Source: Pyrodictiaceae archaeon
GTDB lineage: Archaea > Thermoproteota > Thermoprotei_A > Sulfolobales > Pyrodictiaceae
Direction: 5' to 3'
Length of the DNA: 64,000 nt
Assembly (NCBI GenBank): GCA_027036135.1
Contig: JALVSY010000016.1
Coordinates: 448,001-512,000, forward strand
The position numbers and the translations under genes are program-made. Of the stretch, positions 20,214 through 30,235 are shown one piece after another. The notes below the pieces were generated by a model that was given only the letters and a program-made list of their open reading frames with translations, did no database searches and had not been told where the DNA came from. Position 1 is the first letter of the stretch, and every line of letters starts with the position of its first letter.

Positions 20214-20548
20214 TCGCTGCACTCTGCCCCAGTGTCTAGCCCGTCTAGGAGCCCTGCCTCGCGTAGTCTCCTCGTGGCCTCTTGGTATGCCGTGATTATC
20301 TTCTTTGCTTCCTCTGTTAGCTTTGAGCCTCGCTTATCGCTCACTACTAGCCTCTTTCCTAGTAGTTTCTCGGCTTGCTTGATCCTTGTCCATAATCTGC
20401 GATAGTTTATGCCTAGCTTCTCTGCTGCTGAGCGGAGGCTCCCTGCCTCCTCTATGGCTTGGAGCGCTGCTACTAGTCCTCGTCCCCCTATCCGGGTCTC
20501 GTTGCACACTATGTAGAGGATTGGCTCTATTCTTATTCTTCCCGTTAT
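20210..20548 (-). CDS. ModE-type winged-helix regulator (DNA-binding domain only)
   Basis: LQAIEEAGSLRSAAEKLGINYRRLWTRIKQAEKLLGKRLV...GSKLTEEA; the frame extends upstream of the GTG at 20509 to ATA/ACG. Confidence 0.85.
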   Translation of the reverse strand: MTGRIRIEPILYIVCNETRIGGRGLVAALQAIEEAGSLRSAAEKLGINYRRLWTRIKQAEKLLGKRLVVSDKRGSKLTEEAKKIITAYQEATRRLREAGLLDGLDTGAECSD

Positions 20549-20660
20549 GGGTCACCGTTTAGTAGACTTTGTGTGATATTTTTAGTTGTTTTTTGGCCGT
20601 AAGTGTCCGGGTACGTGTTTTTCTATTGTCTCTTGTTCTTGCTTTAAGCGGTGGCGCCTA

Positions 20661-21626
20661 GTGAAGGCATCACATCTTGCCCTCGCAGTGATCATCGCTG
20701 CCATTATAGTAACAGGCACGGTCATAGCAATCCATAAAGCCGAGCATAACGTCCACCCAGTAGGCATAAGGCTAGGCGTTGAGTTTAACACCCATGCGAC
20801 AGCTGCGTGGATAGCTCTATCAGAGCACCTCTTCTCCCAGCACGGGCTCAGAGTAGAAAAAGTAATCAAGTTCAGGACGGGCCCCGAGCTTGCAGCAGCA
20901 TTTGCCCGCGGAGACATAGATGCTGCTTGGGCATGCCTAGCACCAATAGTAAAAATGATAGACAAAGGAGCCAAGCTCTACATAGTTGAAGCAGCCCATT
21001 ACTATGGATACGGGTGCGTAGGTAGCCCGCACATAAAGAGCATAGAGGATCTCAAGAAGCTTGGCAGGGAGCCAGTCATAGCAATACCTGGGAAAGCTAG
21101 TCAAGTCCACCCGATGCTTCTCCTAGCTGAGGAGAAATACGGGTTCCACGCAAAAATCGTCTACATAAAGCCTCCAGCAATACTCTCTGCTGTCCTAAAA
21201 GGCTCTGTTGACGCAGCATGCATCCCGGAGCCTCTGCTAAGCGTTGCTCTCAACAAGGGACTTCACCTATTGTTCCTTGCCCAGCAAGTGTGGCCGAGCA
21301 TGCCAGGCAGCTACCTGGTAGTATCGCAACGATTCCTCAAAGAGCACCCGGAGGCGGTTTGTAAGCTGGCAGAGGTAAACGAGGAGGCTACAAGCCTCAT
21401 CTACAAGGACCCCGGGAAAGCAGTAGACATTGACGCGAAGATGCTAGGCCTACCAGCCTCGGTTATAAACGAGAGCCTAAAGCACCTCTACTTCACGACA
21501 AGGCTCAACGTGGCAGAGATGCAGAAAATGGTCGATATCATGTACGAGCACGGCCTAATAAGGCACGACATAAACATTTCGAAATACATAGTGAACCTTG
21601 GTAAGCTCTGCGGAAAGCACAGCTGA
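20661..21626 (+). CDS. ABC transporter substrate-binding protein, NitT/TauT (SsuA-like)
   Basis: N-terminal anchor; FRTGPELAAAFARGDIDAA; VDAACIPEP; likely GTG start at 20661. Confidence 0.85.
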   Translation: MKASHLALAVIIAAIIVTGTVIAIHKAEHNVHPVGIRLGVEFNTHATAAWIALSEHLFSQHGLRVEKVIKFRTGPELAAAFARGDIDAAWACLAPIVKMIDKGAKLYIVEAAHYYGYGCVGSPHIKSIEDLKKLGREPVIAIPGKASQVHPMLLLAEEKYGFHAKIVYIKPPAILSAVLKGSVDAACIPEPLLSVALNKGLHLLFLAQQVWPSMPGSYLVVSQRFLKEHPEAVCKLAEVNEEATSLIYKDPGKAVDIDAKMLGLPASVINESLKHLYFTTRLNVAEMQKMVDIMYEHGLIRHDINISKYIVNLGKLCGKHS

Positions 21627-21650
21627 GAAACCGAGAGCATTGCGTCAAGG

Positions 21651-22457
21651 GTGCTCGGCGTCTTGAGGAACCGGGTTAACACAGCACTGGCTTACATCGC
21701 GCTAATAGGTATCTGGCAACTCATAGCCAGCGCTGCAAGAACCCCCTGGATAGTAGGGCCAATCGATATTCTCCGCGCCCTCCTCAACGAGGCCTTCTTG
21801 TCTAGGCTTGTAGCCGCATACACCGATACACTAGTCCGGTCCCTTGCGGGGTTTACTGGCGGCCTTGTTCTCGGCGTCTCGCTTGGGGTATTAACGGGTC
21901 TTCTCTCCATGAAGCTGGGCGGTGTATTTGAGAGCTTAGCAGCATTTGCTGCCTCTGTACCAGGTGTAGCTTGGATACCCCTGCTCATAGCGGTTATGGG
22001 GATTAATTCCTTCCTCTTACCCGTAACGGCTAGCATACTTGCCTCGTTCCCGCCGATATTCTACCAAATCTACTCGGCTCTAAGGAGTATTGATCCAAGC
22101 GAGGTAGAGGTAGCCGTAACACTTGGGGCTGATAACCAGTTCCTCTGGAGGACAATAATAATGCCGAAGCTAATGGCTTCTCTCTTCCCGGCGTTAAAGA
22201 TTGAGGCTGTGCTTGCCTGGAAAATAGTATTCGCTGTGGAAATGATAGCGGCGACCAGCGGGCTAGGCTACCTAGCCATGATGTACGCCGACCTACTAGA
22301 TGTACCACACGTCGCAGTACTGGTGATAGTGCTCACGCTGAGCGTGGCCCTAATGGTGAAACTAGTCTCACTCTTAGAGAAACTCGTACTAGGCAAACTA
22401 GGCCTAGGTGTAGAGCAATGGGGCTCCATATACGTATACGCCGGGCAGGGATACTAA
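21651..22457 (+). CDS. ABC transporter permease, NitT/TauT (SsuC-like)
   Basis: PGVAWIPL, EAA-like EVAVTLGA, AWKIVFAVEMI...GLG. Confidence 0.88.
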   Translation: MLGVLRNRVNTALAYIALIGIWQLIASAARTPWIVGPIDILRALLNEAFLSRLVAAYTDTLVRSLAGFTGGLVLGVSLGVLTGLLSMKLGGVFESLAAFAASVPGVAWIPLLIAVMGINSFLLPVTASILASFPPIFYQIYSALRSIDPSEVEVAVTLGADNQFLWRTIIMPKLMASLFPALKIEAVLAWKIVFAVEMIAATSGLGYLAMMYADLLDVPHVAVLVIVLTLSVALMVKLVSLLEKLVLGKLGLGVEQWGSIYVYAGQGY

Positions 22458-23086
22458 GAGACATAAGCCTAGACCTTCCCAGTTGCGGGGTCATACTAGT
22501 ACTTGGGCCCAATGGCGCCGGGAAAACAACGCTACTCAAGACAATAGCGGGCGTGGTAAAAGCAGACGCAGAAATAATACTGAATAGTACACCGTTGCAT
22601 AAGCTCCCGCCAAGCAAGAGAATGATAGGCTATGTGCCACAGAACCTGGCACTATTCCGCCACATGAGCGTCTACGACAACATAGCCTACGGGCTAAGAG
22701 CCCGCCGCTTACCCGAGAACCTTGTCGAGGAACGGGTAAGGGAGATCGCGGCCAGGCTAGGCATACAGCACCTCCTAGCAAGAATGCCATGGCAACTAAG
22801 CGGGGGAGAGCAGCAAAGAGTAGCACTCGCAAGAGCCCTAGTACTAGACACAAAGCTCCTCCTACTCGACGAGGCGTTCGACCACATAGATGAGGAGACG
22901 CGAAGCGAGCTAATGAGGCTAGTAAGTAGCGAGGCAGAGCAGAGAAAAATACCAGTGATAATGGTCACGCATCACCCAAGCGAAGCCAGGAAACACATGA
23001 ACGTAAAGGCAATAGTAAAGCTACGGGATGGAAGACTAGTATCCGTGGAGAACCTCGTGGAGGCAGCAGCCCTAGTAAGAGTCTAA
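22418..23086 (+). CDS. ABC transporter ATP-binding subunit
   Basis: GPNGAGKT, LSGGEQQRVALARAL, LLLDE, VTHH. Confidence 0.93.
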   Translation: MGLHIRIRRAGILRDISLDLPSCGVILVLGPNGAGKTTLLKTIAGVVKADAEIILNSTPLHKLPPSKRMIGYVPQNLALFRHMSVYDNIAYGLRARRLPENLVEERVREIAARLGIQHLLARMPWQLSGGEQQRVALARALVLDTKLLLLDEAFDHIDEETRSELMRLVSSEAEQRKIPVIMVTHHPSEARKHMNVKAIVKLRDGRLVSVENLVEAAALVRV

Positions 23087-23174
23087 GAGTCTAAGCACCT
23101 CTTCTAGGAGCGCATAGGGCTCATAGAAAAATATATGGCGAGGTTATTGTCTAAGGGCTTATCTTTGCTCTTCT

Positions 23175-24233
23175 TTACTCTTGTGTCATATTGACTATTG
23201 CGTGTGGGTTGAATACTCGGAGCGTTATTGTCTCCCATGCTCTGAACTTGTGCCCGGTCTCCTCTAGCCCTATGTAGTCTACCTTGGTGTCGATGCCTAC
23301 TACTATGTCGAGCCCGGTCTTCTCTGCCGAGACCAGTATTGCTTGCTCCTGCGACAAGAACGGCGTCTTTACTACCTTGGCTAGCTTCTCTATCCTGGAT
23401 AACTCCATTACGCCAGTACGCTCGTGTACTGCTAGTAGCTTAGCGTAGCGCTGCGGGGAGACCAGTAGGACATAGGGGCCCCTAAACCCCTCTGCCTCGA
23501 GCCCGGCTACTGCGCGGGCAACATCATCTACCGCCTCTCCCGGCCTCTCCCACGAACCTATACTCGTTCTCAGCGAGTCCTTTGCCTCAAGCAGCCTGGT
23601 TACTAGGAGCTTCTCCTCCTCGGCTACGAAGCGCTTAGCAGCGTACTCCACCAAGGGCTCCAAGGGCTCTCCTAGGCGCTCGTGCCGGTTGAGCAGCCTC
23701 TGGGGCACAACGAGCTCTATTGCTACCTCTCGTAGCGGTATAACGGTCTCGGATTCAACGCCTACACCGGCCTCGCTGAAGGTCACACTAGGCGCGACAA
23801 CGTAGTCTATTCCGGGCCCGAGAACAGTGACAGGGAACACCCTCCTAATACTCCTCGCCGAGTCCGCAACCCCTCTAAAGAGCCTAGAAATCTTCTCCTC
23901 GAATCCCTCCTCGCTGGGAGGATCGGCAGGGTCATCCCCGCCACTCTTCTTCTCTGTTAGCTCTACTACCTCTTCGGCTCCTTTCCGGAGTTCCTCAGCC
24001 TGCTCTGGGTCAAGCCTCTTCAATAGCTCGAGGAACTCGCCGACATGCGTCTTCTCCTCCCGGGCAACATCGGCGAAGACCTTCTTAGCGTCCTCCAAGG
24101 GGGCTCGCTCAGCGACTTGTAGGTAGAAGCTAATAGCATCAAGCTCAGCTATAACAGCTAGGCGCAGGGCATCGATGAGGTCCTTCTCGGAGAGCTTATC
24201 CTTAGAAAGCTCCAAGGGATGGCGAGCAAACAC
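23175..24233 (-). CDS. Ferritin-like protein fused to a family 1 encapsulin shell
   Basis: Flp domain (AELDAISFY, REEKTHVGEF), acidic/Pro linker, then shell motifs GFRGPYVLLVSPQRYAKL and FRAWETITLRVFNP, as in the Pyrococcus furiosus fusion. Confidence 0.9.
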   Translation of the reverse strand: MFARHPLELSKDKLSEKDLIDALRLAVIAELDAISFYLQVAERAPLEDAKKVFADVAREEKTHVGEFLELLKRLDPEQAEELRKGAEEVVELTEKKSGGDDPADPPSEEGFEEKISRLFRGVADSARSIRRVFPVTVLGPGIDYVVAPSVTFSEAGVGVESETVIPLREVAIELVVPQRLLNRHERLGEPLEPLVEYAAKRFVAEEEKLLVTRLLEAKDSLRTSIGSWERPGEAVDDVARAVAGLEAEGFRGPYVLLVSPQRYAKLLAVHERTGVMELSRIEKLAKVVKTPFLSQEQAILVSAEKTGLDIVVGIDTKVDYIGLEETGHKFRAWETITLRVFNPHAIVNMTQE

Positions 24234-24321
24234 TCAGAGAGCACCTCCTCTCTGGTATCTGGGAGAGGTGCCCAGAGGGATAAGACTCCTACCACGAAGA
24301 GAATAGAGACCTCTACGGTAA

Positions 24322-24873
24322 ATGGGAGGCGCTAAACACTTGTCCGCACGTCTACGACGACTAGGAGCTACGAGTACTGCGAAGACCGCTGTGGAGCGGT
24401 GGCTAAGCGAGGCAAACCTGTGGCTCGAGGAGTTCTACGCCGAGCGTACCAAGTCCCCTAGGCAGAGCTTGAACAAGGTGTTTACAGCGTGGAAGGCCCT
24501 AGTAGCGGTACTACCCCAGCTAGCCTCAGAGCTAGACCCCGTGCTCCGGGAAGAGCTTCGCCGAAGAGGCTTCACCGAGGACGGTGCCGTTAAGGTCACT
24601 ACCGCTACTGCGCCTAAGATAAGCCACCTAGTCGCCGAGAAAGCCGAGCAGGAACCGGTGCGCGAGCTAGCCCAGAGCCTCCTCAGCCTCCACAAAGGCG
24701 CCTACATACTGCACACGGCCTTCTACGAGGGCCCAGAGCACGCAGGGTTCACTGGAACCGAGGAGGCCCTCGAAACAGCGATAAGGCTCGCCGAGAAGCT
24801 CCAAGAAGTAGCGGGGCGGCTCCAAGACCTTGTTCGAAACCCTAGACTGAAACGGGACATAACGAACTCCTAG
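24322..24873 (+). CDS. PaREP1-like (HEPN-fold) protein
   Basis: QSLNKVFTAWKALV and AYILHTAFYEG. Confidence 0.7.
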   Translation: MGGAKHLSARLRRLGATSTAKTAVERWLSEANLWLEEFYAERTKSPRQSLNKVFTAWKALVAVLPQLASELDPVLREELRRRGFTEDGAVKVTTATAPKISHLVAEKAEQEPVRELAQSLLSLHKGAYILHTAFYEGPEHAGFTGTEEALETAIRLAEKLQEVAGRLQDLVRNPRLKRDITNS

Positions 24874-24891
24874 ACTCGTGGGAACCAGCTG

Positions 24892-26295
24892 TTGACTATA
24901 CGCTCAGTAATAGGTGTTCTTGTAGTTGTCCTCCTGCTAGCCATGGCATCCATAGCTTATCTTGCTACCCATCATGCTCCTAGTTCTAGCGCTCCTCATG
25001 CAAGCAGGGCTGTGAGCACTAGTACGTCTAGAGCAATCACTGACACAGCTACGCAGCCAGTGGCCAGTAGGACGACTACGGTTATGCAGGGAGGCCTTGT
25101 TTCGCTTATTTATCGGCGCCTAGGCTACCCCATAATCCACTACTATGTCCCAAAGGAACTAGGACTAGGTAACGAGGAGGTAGCAGCAGTTTACGCAGTC
25201 CACGCCTATGGCTCGGAGGAGCCAATAGGCTACATCAATATAGAGGGGCTCCTAGGCCTGAGACAGGTCCTCCGAAGAGCGCTGAGCGTGCTGGGCAGCA
25301 ACTATAGCCTAGTGAGGGCAGAGTATGTACCTGGCCTCGTAGTCAATGATACTCTCGTTAAGAGGCCTCGCTGGGTCCTCGTGCTCGCAAAGACCTATAA
25401 GGGGTATAGGCTCTGGCCCCGTTGCTGCGGCGATGTAGTGGCTGAGGTAGACGCGCTCAACGGCTCAGTAAAGCTGCTCCAGAGAGGCAACTATATGGAG
25501 CCAAAGAGCTCGGTTCTGCTACCGAGCCAGGATAAGCTAGCCTCCATGAGCCCAGAGCAACTAGTGAGGAGAGCCCTTAGGCAGATACTGAGCCTCTACA
25601 AGGGCTGGGGGAGACAAGTCCTAGAGGACGCACTGGCCAATAGGACGCGCTACGACTATAGTATTGATCTGCGCATAGCCCGGCTAGGCGATGAGAGCAA
25701 CGAACTCCTCTCAGCACAAAGCACGGTAACTAAGGAGTTCCTCGGCCAGCCCCGCCTCTACTGGGTAATAACAATAGAGGCTGACCACGTTATAGCAAGC
25801 GCACTAGTAGATGCGGTAACCGGGCGGCTTGCAAGCTACATCGTGGAGCCCCTATGGCCACGGACACCATGGGCAGAGCTACTAGTAGAGCCAACCTACC
25901 CGGGCAAACCAATCAACGTAACTAGGAGTATCAAGGGCCTCGGAGAAACAACCGTCACATTGGTACACGTGCTCCCCGTGAAGACGGGCGAGAAAGGAAC
26001 CCTAGCCCTAGTAGCCTATTGGAGAACCCATGTCAACCCAGCAGCGATAAAGACAGCGCCAAAGATAATCCTAGAGCCGAAAACCATAGAGACCAAGTGG
26101 ATCAAGCTAATTCCTCTCAACAACACAGTAGTCGTAGAGCCCAGCACCGGGGCAAAGAACCAAATACTCTACAAGTACAGAGTGAGCGCCAGTGCTAGCT
26201 CAGGCATATACGTGGCGGAGATAAAGCTAAGCGAACAAGTAGTAGGCTACCAAAACATCTCGCGTTGCATCCCATTAGTTATTGACATAGGTTAA
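24892..26295 (+). CDS. Membrane-anchored/secreted protein with Ser/Thr linker and two PepSY-like motifs
   Basis: N-terminal hydrophobic helix; AEVDALNGSV and ALVDAVTGRL. Confidence 0.7.
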   Translation: MTIRSVIGVLVVVLLLAMASIAYLATHHAPSSSAPHASRAVSTSTSRAITDTATQPVASRTTTVMQGGLVSLIYRRLGYPIIHYYVPKELGLGNEEVAAVYAVHAYGSEEPIGYINIEGLLGLRQVLRRALSVLGSNYSLVRAEYVPGLVVNDTLVKRPRWVLVLAKTYKGYRLWPRCCGDVVAEVDALNGSVKLLQRGNYMEPKSSVLLPSQDKLASMSPEQLVRRALRQILSLYKGWGRQVLEDALANRTRYDYSIDLRIARLGDESNELLSAQSTVTKEFLGQPRLYWVITIEADHVIASALVDAVTGRLASYIVEPLWPRTPWAELLVEPTYPGKPINVTRSIKGLGETTVTLVHVLPVKTGEKGTLALVAYWRTHVNPAAIKTAPKIILEPKTIETKWIKLIPLNNTVVVEPSTGAKNQILYKYRVSASASSGIYVAEIKLSEQVVGYQNISRCIPLVIDIG

Positions 26296-26475
26296 TAGCG
26301 ATGCTCCAAGACCCTGTAGAATGATTAATTAAGAACGTCTATAGCATCTTTGATGCGTAAGAATTGGTTCAGAATAATGCAATTAACGGTATGAAAATAA
26401 TTAATATATGTCTCCTTTAGAGCGTATTTATACTTTGCTCTACATGGCATTTTCACTCAATTATATAAGTAGTCG

Positions 26476-28203
26476 TTGGTGCTGCTCTATATGGTCAGTA
26501 ATGTAATCAAGATGAGAGATATGATTAGATTTAAAAAGGCTATACCGCTAGTAATCCTAGCAGTTCTCGCAGCATCCTCTCTTGCACTCTTCGTAGCCAA
26601 GATGGATGGACTTAATGAACGAGTAGTAGCCAGCGAAGCTTTTGCTAATAACCTCAAAGTAATATATATCAATAAATTGTTTGGGTCACAGAGCGCTAAA
26701 ATATCGCTACAGGGAGTACCTAAGGGTTATCATATATGTGTAAGTGCATGGGGCTGGACTCCGGATAGTAGTATAGTGTCTCTCGGGAAAGCATGCTCGG
26801 CTAGCGGTACCATAGCTTTACCAGTCGATTCTATTAAGAGGTACATGAAGGCTTGGAAGAATTACTTGATAAGAAACAAAGATAGCCTTAACGTTGTTGA
26901 ACCAGGCATACTGATTACAGTGACCCTAGTAAAGCCGGGCAAAGCTATCTATGCAGTATTTAAAGCAGTCCCTATAAACGCTAAGTACTTTCTCGAAAAG
27001 AAGGCATCATTAACTATAACTATAGGATCGGATGCAATAAAAGCAGCGCTCAAGAAACCTGTTATGACCTGGAACGAGTGGGAAAAAGCACTAGCTAGGT
27101 CAATGACTGCAAGGAAGCAAGCGCATAGTACTGAATGGCCGCCGAAGCTAGTACCCATAGGTAATGGAATATATTGGACCTACTATAAGACTATAGCTAA
27201 GAATGACGATATGTATATACCATTAGTCATAGTGAGGCTGCATGGCTATTTAAAATATCTGGAAAGAACCCAGCTGCTTCTCCAGGAATTCTTTGCCTCA
27301 TACGATAAAGGCTATGTCGTCTTTACAGCAACGTATCATGTTGATCAAGATAATGCAGGCATAAGCATAGATTATGGAGATATGGGCCCAGTCTTTAGCC
27401 TTAAGGCAAAGACGAAAGCACTTATGCAGTACCTGGATTTTGAAAGCTACTTCGCGTACAGCGATGACGCCAAAACGCTTAGGAGCATTTCTGGCCTCTA
27501 TAATCACCCGCAAGTTGCTGTACTACATGTAAAGGGTAGCGATGCTATCGCAGCTATTGGTTTCAGAGGACAGAGCATTGTTGCAAAGTACTGCTTAGGC
27601 TATGAGTACCCGATAGGAGGAGGCGTTTCTATCGTTACGTGTCCGAAGAGCAATACAGCCTTTGCAACATTTACTATGTTTAGGCCCATAGTTTATAAGA
27701 ACCACCTATACTACTGGGCAGAGGCTGATAGCAACCCTCACGATGGAATCGGTGTCGCCGAGAAGGCCTTCTGGCCGATATACAATACATGGCACTACAC
27801 TGAAAAGGAATTGTATGAAAAGCCGCTTTATGTCAGTTCCTCTAATCTCACAGCAATATCCAATGCCATTCCGCTGCTCGGTGTAGGTGTGCCAGTACTA
27901 CCACTTCTCATAAAGGATCCATCACCACTTCTAGCACCAGTATTCGCAGCCACACTTGGCTACACAAGCAAATCAGTAACCGTCCTTCATCTATCAGCCT
28001 CGCTATACTCCGATAAAGGTACTAATGTGGGCTTTGTAGCCAGGATATTCGAAACACCGATGAAGCTATACTATGATGACAGAGCGTACACTATAAGCTC
28101 GCCAGTACTAGATATAGGCATATACCAAGGCGGCGGTGCGCCACACCCGTGCACGGCGCCTGGTACCTCATGCCCGACAAATAACAAGGGTACAGAAGCC
28201 TAG
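26476..28203 (+). CDS. Secreted hypothetical protein, AT-rich coding
   Basis: Signal peptide KKAIPLVILAVLAASSLALF (true start probably a downstream ATG); Tyr/Ser/Thr-rich; Cys-pair tail CTAPGTSCP. Confidence 0.75.
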   Translation: MVLLYMVSNVIKMRDMIRFKKAIPLVILAVLAASSLALFVAKMDGLNERVVASEAFANNLKVIYINKLFGSQSAKISLQGVPKGYHICVSAWGWTPDSSIVSLGKACSASGTIALPVDSIKRYMKAWKNYLIRNKDSLNVVEPGILITVTLVKPGKAIYAVFKAVPINAKYFLEKKASLTITIGSDAIKAALKKPVMTWNEWEKALARSMTARKQAHSTEWPPKLVPIGNGIYWTYYKTIAKNDDMYIPLVIVRLHGYLKYLERTQLLLQEFFASYDKGYVVFTATYHVDQDNAGISIDYGDMGPVFSLKAKTKALMQYLDFESYFAYSDDAKTLRSISGLYNHPQVAVLHVKGSDAIAAIGFRGQSIVAKYCLGYEYPIGGGVSIVTCPKSNTAFATFTMFRPIVYKNHLYYWAEADSNPHDGIGVAEKAFWPIYNTWHYTEKELYEKPLYVSSSNLTAISNAIPLLGVGVPVLPLLIKDPSPLLAPVFAATLGYTSKSVTVLHLSASLYSDKGTNVGFVARIFETPMKLYYDDRAYTISSPVLDIGIYQGGGAPHPCTAPGTSCPTNNKGTEA

Positions 28204-28235
28204 GCCTTACTCTGTACTTTAAACTCCAGTATGTT

Positions 28236-29006
28236 TCATATCTCTATTTCTGCTAGTAGGTCTTCTAGTAGTTCTAGTTCGGGGAATTCGAGTACTCCTA
28301 GTTCCTCGGCGAGTACGTAGGGCTTTATCTTCGCGAGGTCTATGTCTTCTCGGAGTATTGGTGAGAGGTAGGTGTCGGGGCTTAGGCTCACTGTTGTCCC
28401 TGTCTGGTACTGGCCGACAGCAGGTAGTACTATGAGGGTTGCTCCTAGCTTCTCGTAGGGCGCTACTAGGAACGCGGGTAGCTTTGCCACGTAGCCTAGC
28501 TTGTCGCGTAGCCTTAGGCTCGGGTGCTCATGCCCCATTATGACGACGTCCACGCCGCCGGGGTAGTTGCCCTCGGGCTTGCGGTGACCGTGTACCACTA
28601 GTACTCCTTTCTCGTAGTACTCGTTCACAAGCTCTATACCATACTCTCTCGTGACCAGGGGTAAGTAGTTATCATGATTACCCCTAACAATCACCACCTC
28701 GGCGCCGCGTTCCTTGACAAGATAGTCTAGTACCCTGCGGACCTCCTCCCTTTCACTCCTCAGCAACCTAGAGAAACAATGCTTAACATCACCAGCAAGG
28801 ATAACCCTACTAGCCCCGGTCTCATCAAGAGCCCTTCCAAGGACCTCAAGGGTTCTCGCAAGCTGTATCCGTGGCACAAAGAAGCCCTGCTTAGCAGCCT
28901 CCTCCTCAAACCCTAGATGAGTATCAGCAATGATGACCGCGCCGATGCGGCGAACATAGATCGCGGGAATACTATCAACAACCTCTACGCCGGGCACCAG
29001 CTCCAA
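28236..29006 (-). CDS. Calcineurin-like metallophosphoesterase
   Basis: IADTHLG, AGDVKH, RGNHD, HGH, MGHEHP; likely TTG start at 29006. Confidence 0.92.
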   Translation of the reverse strand: MELVPGVEVVDSIPAIYVRRIGAVIIADTHLGFEEEAAKQGFFVPRIQLARTLEVLGRALDETGASRVILAGDVKHCFSRLLRSEREEVRRVLDYLVKERGAEVVIVRGNHDNYLPLVTREYGIELVNEYYEKGVLVVHGHRKPEGNYPGGVDVVIMGHEHPSLRLRDKLGYVAKLPAFLVAPYEKLGATLIVLPAVGQYQTGTTVSLSPDTYLSPILREDIDLAKIKPYVLAEELGVLEFPELELLEDLLAEIEI

Positions 29007-29191
29007 GGCCCAGATAGCCCTCCCAAGACCCAGTTCTAAGAGTATTACCGAGCCACACCGAGCTAATATATGGTACCAGAGAAGCCTCTTGTAACCTGGC
29101 CCCAGTACCCGCGAAGCCAGAGACATGGGAGATTTAACTTTATCACTGAGGCCCTATGGCAGCTTTGTGTGCGTGGCGGGAGTGCTTCTCT

Positions 29192-29617
29192 ATGAGTGGC
29201 GAGCTAGCTGAAGCGCTTTGGAGACGGGCCACAGTATATCTCCGCGAGGCTAAGCACCTCTACTCGGAGGGCCAATACGATGTTGCGCTAGTTATGGCTG
29301 AGCAGGCAACACAGCTAGGCATAAAGGCGGTCTATGCTAGGCTCCTTGGCGCCGTGCCGCGTGGGCATAGCCTGCGCCGCCTACTAGGCTACCTCGCCTC
29401 GGTGCTGGAGGAAGCTAGTAAGCAGGAGGAGGAGGCGATGCTTCTCCGAGACTTCGTGGCAAGTAACCGTGACTCCCTAGTCCTGCTAGAAGACGCCTAT
29501 ATACAGGGACGCTACGATGTACCCGGTTATACGAGGAGCGAGGCCGAGAAAGGAATTAGCACAGTAACCCAGCTACTCGAGCTACTAGGGAAGCTACTAG
29601 GGATGCGGCATGGTTAA
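29192..29617 (+). CDS. HEPN domain protein (pair 1)
   Basis: AEQATQLGIKA, PRGHSLRRL, LEDAYIQGRY. Confidence 0.9.
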   Translation: MSGELAEALWRRATVYLREAKHLYSEGQYDVALVMAEQATQLGIKAVYARLLGAVPRGHSLRRLLGYLASVLEEASKQEEEAMLLRDFVASNRDSLVLLEDAYIQGRYDVPGYTRSEAEKGISTVTQLLELLGKLLGMRHG

Positions 29618-29969
29618 CAAAGTAGACGTGCTCATGGCTAAGTGGTTCTACGAGCTACGAGACGGGTGGAGAGAAGCAGCAACCCTTGTAGCAAGGGTGG
29701 CTAAGCGCCTCTACCCAGGAGCAAAGGTATACGTGATAGGCAGCGTAGCCGAGGGCACCTTCACAGCGACAAGCGACCTAGACATACTAGTAGTACTACC
29801 CCGCGACCCAGAGCCCAGCGAGAGGCTCCGGATAAAGACAAGTATCCTCCTACAAGCATTCGACGAGGGACTCCCCTTCCACTACCCAGTAGACCTCCAC
29901 ATAGCAGGGCCAAAGAAACTAACAGAATACAGGAAACACGCCAAGAAAATGATAAACATAGACCCTTAA
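29610..29969 (+). CDS. Minimal nucleotidyltransferase (MNT, pair 1)
   Basis: VIGSVAEG...SDLDILVV; overlaps the HEPN stop. Confidence 0.9.
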   Translation: MVNKVDVLMAKWFYELRDGWREAATLVARVAKRLYPGAKVYVIGSVAEGTFTATSDLDILVVLPRDPEPSERLRIKTSILLQAFDEGLPFHYPVDLHIAGPKKLTEYRKHAKKMINIDP

Positions 29970-30235
29970 TGGAGCATGAATAGGATTGTTAATAACTTAA
30001 TAACCGAGTACCCTTGTGCCCCCGGCTTACTAGTAGCTACTTTGCCCGTGTTCTTTTGCCGAGCTATAAATCCCCCTTGCCACAACTACTTTCTTAGTGA
30101 AGCTTCATTCCACTCATCCTCGTCAATAGTGTTTGCAGTTCAGGATAAGGAGCATGTTTTGCCAATATATAATTAGGCCTATGACTTTCTTTAAGTTTCT
30201 GGAAGCTCCTTAGAGACTAGTGGTGCTAAGAATCT

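Noticed and set aside
23175-24233. Proviral major capsid gene
   Set aside because: Ferritin-like fusion and no terminase, portal or other viral genes; fits an encapsulin
29976-30176. 66-aa ORF between the HEPN-MNT pairs
   Set aside because: Atypical composition and no recognisable motif; probably spacer or decayed sequence
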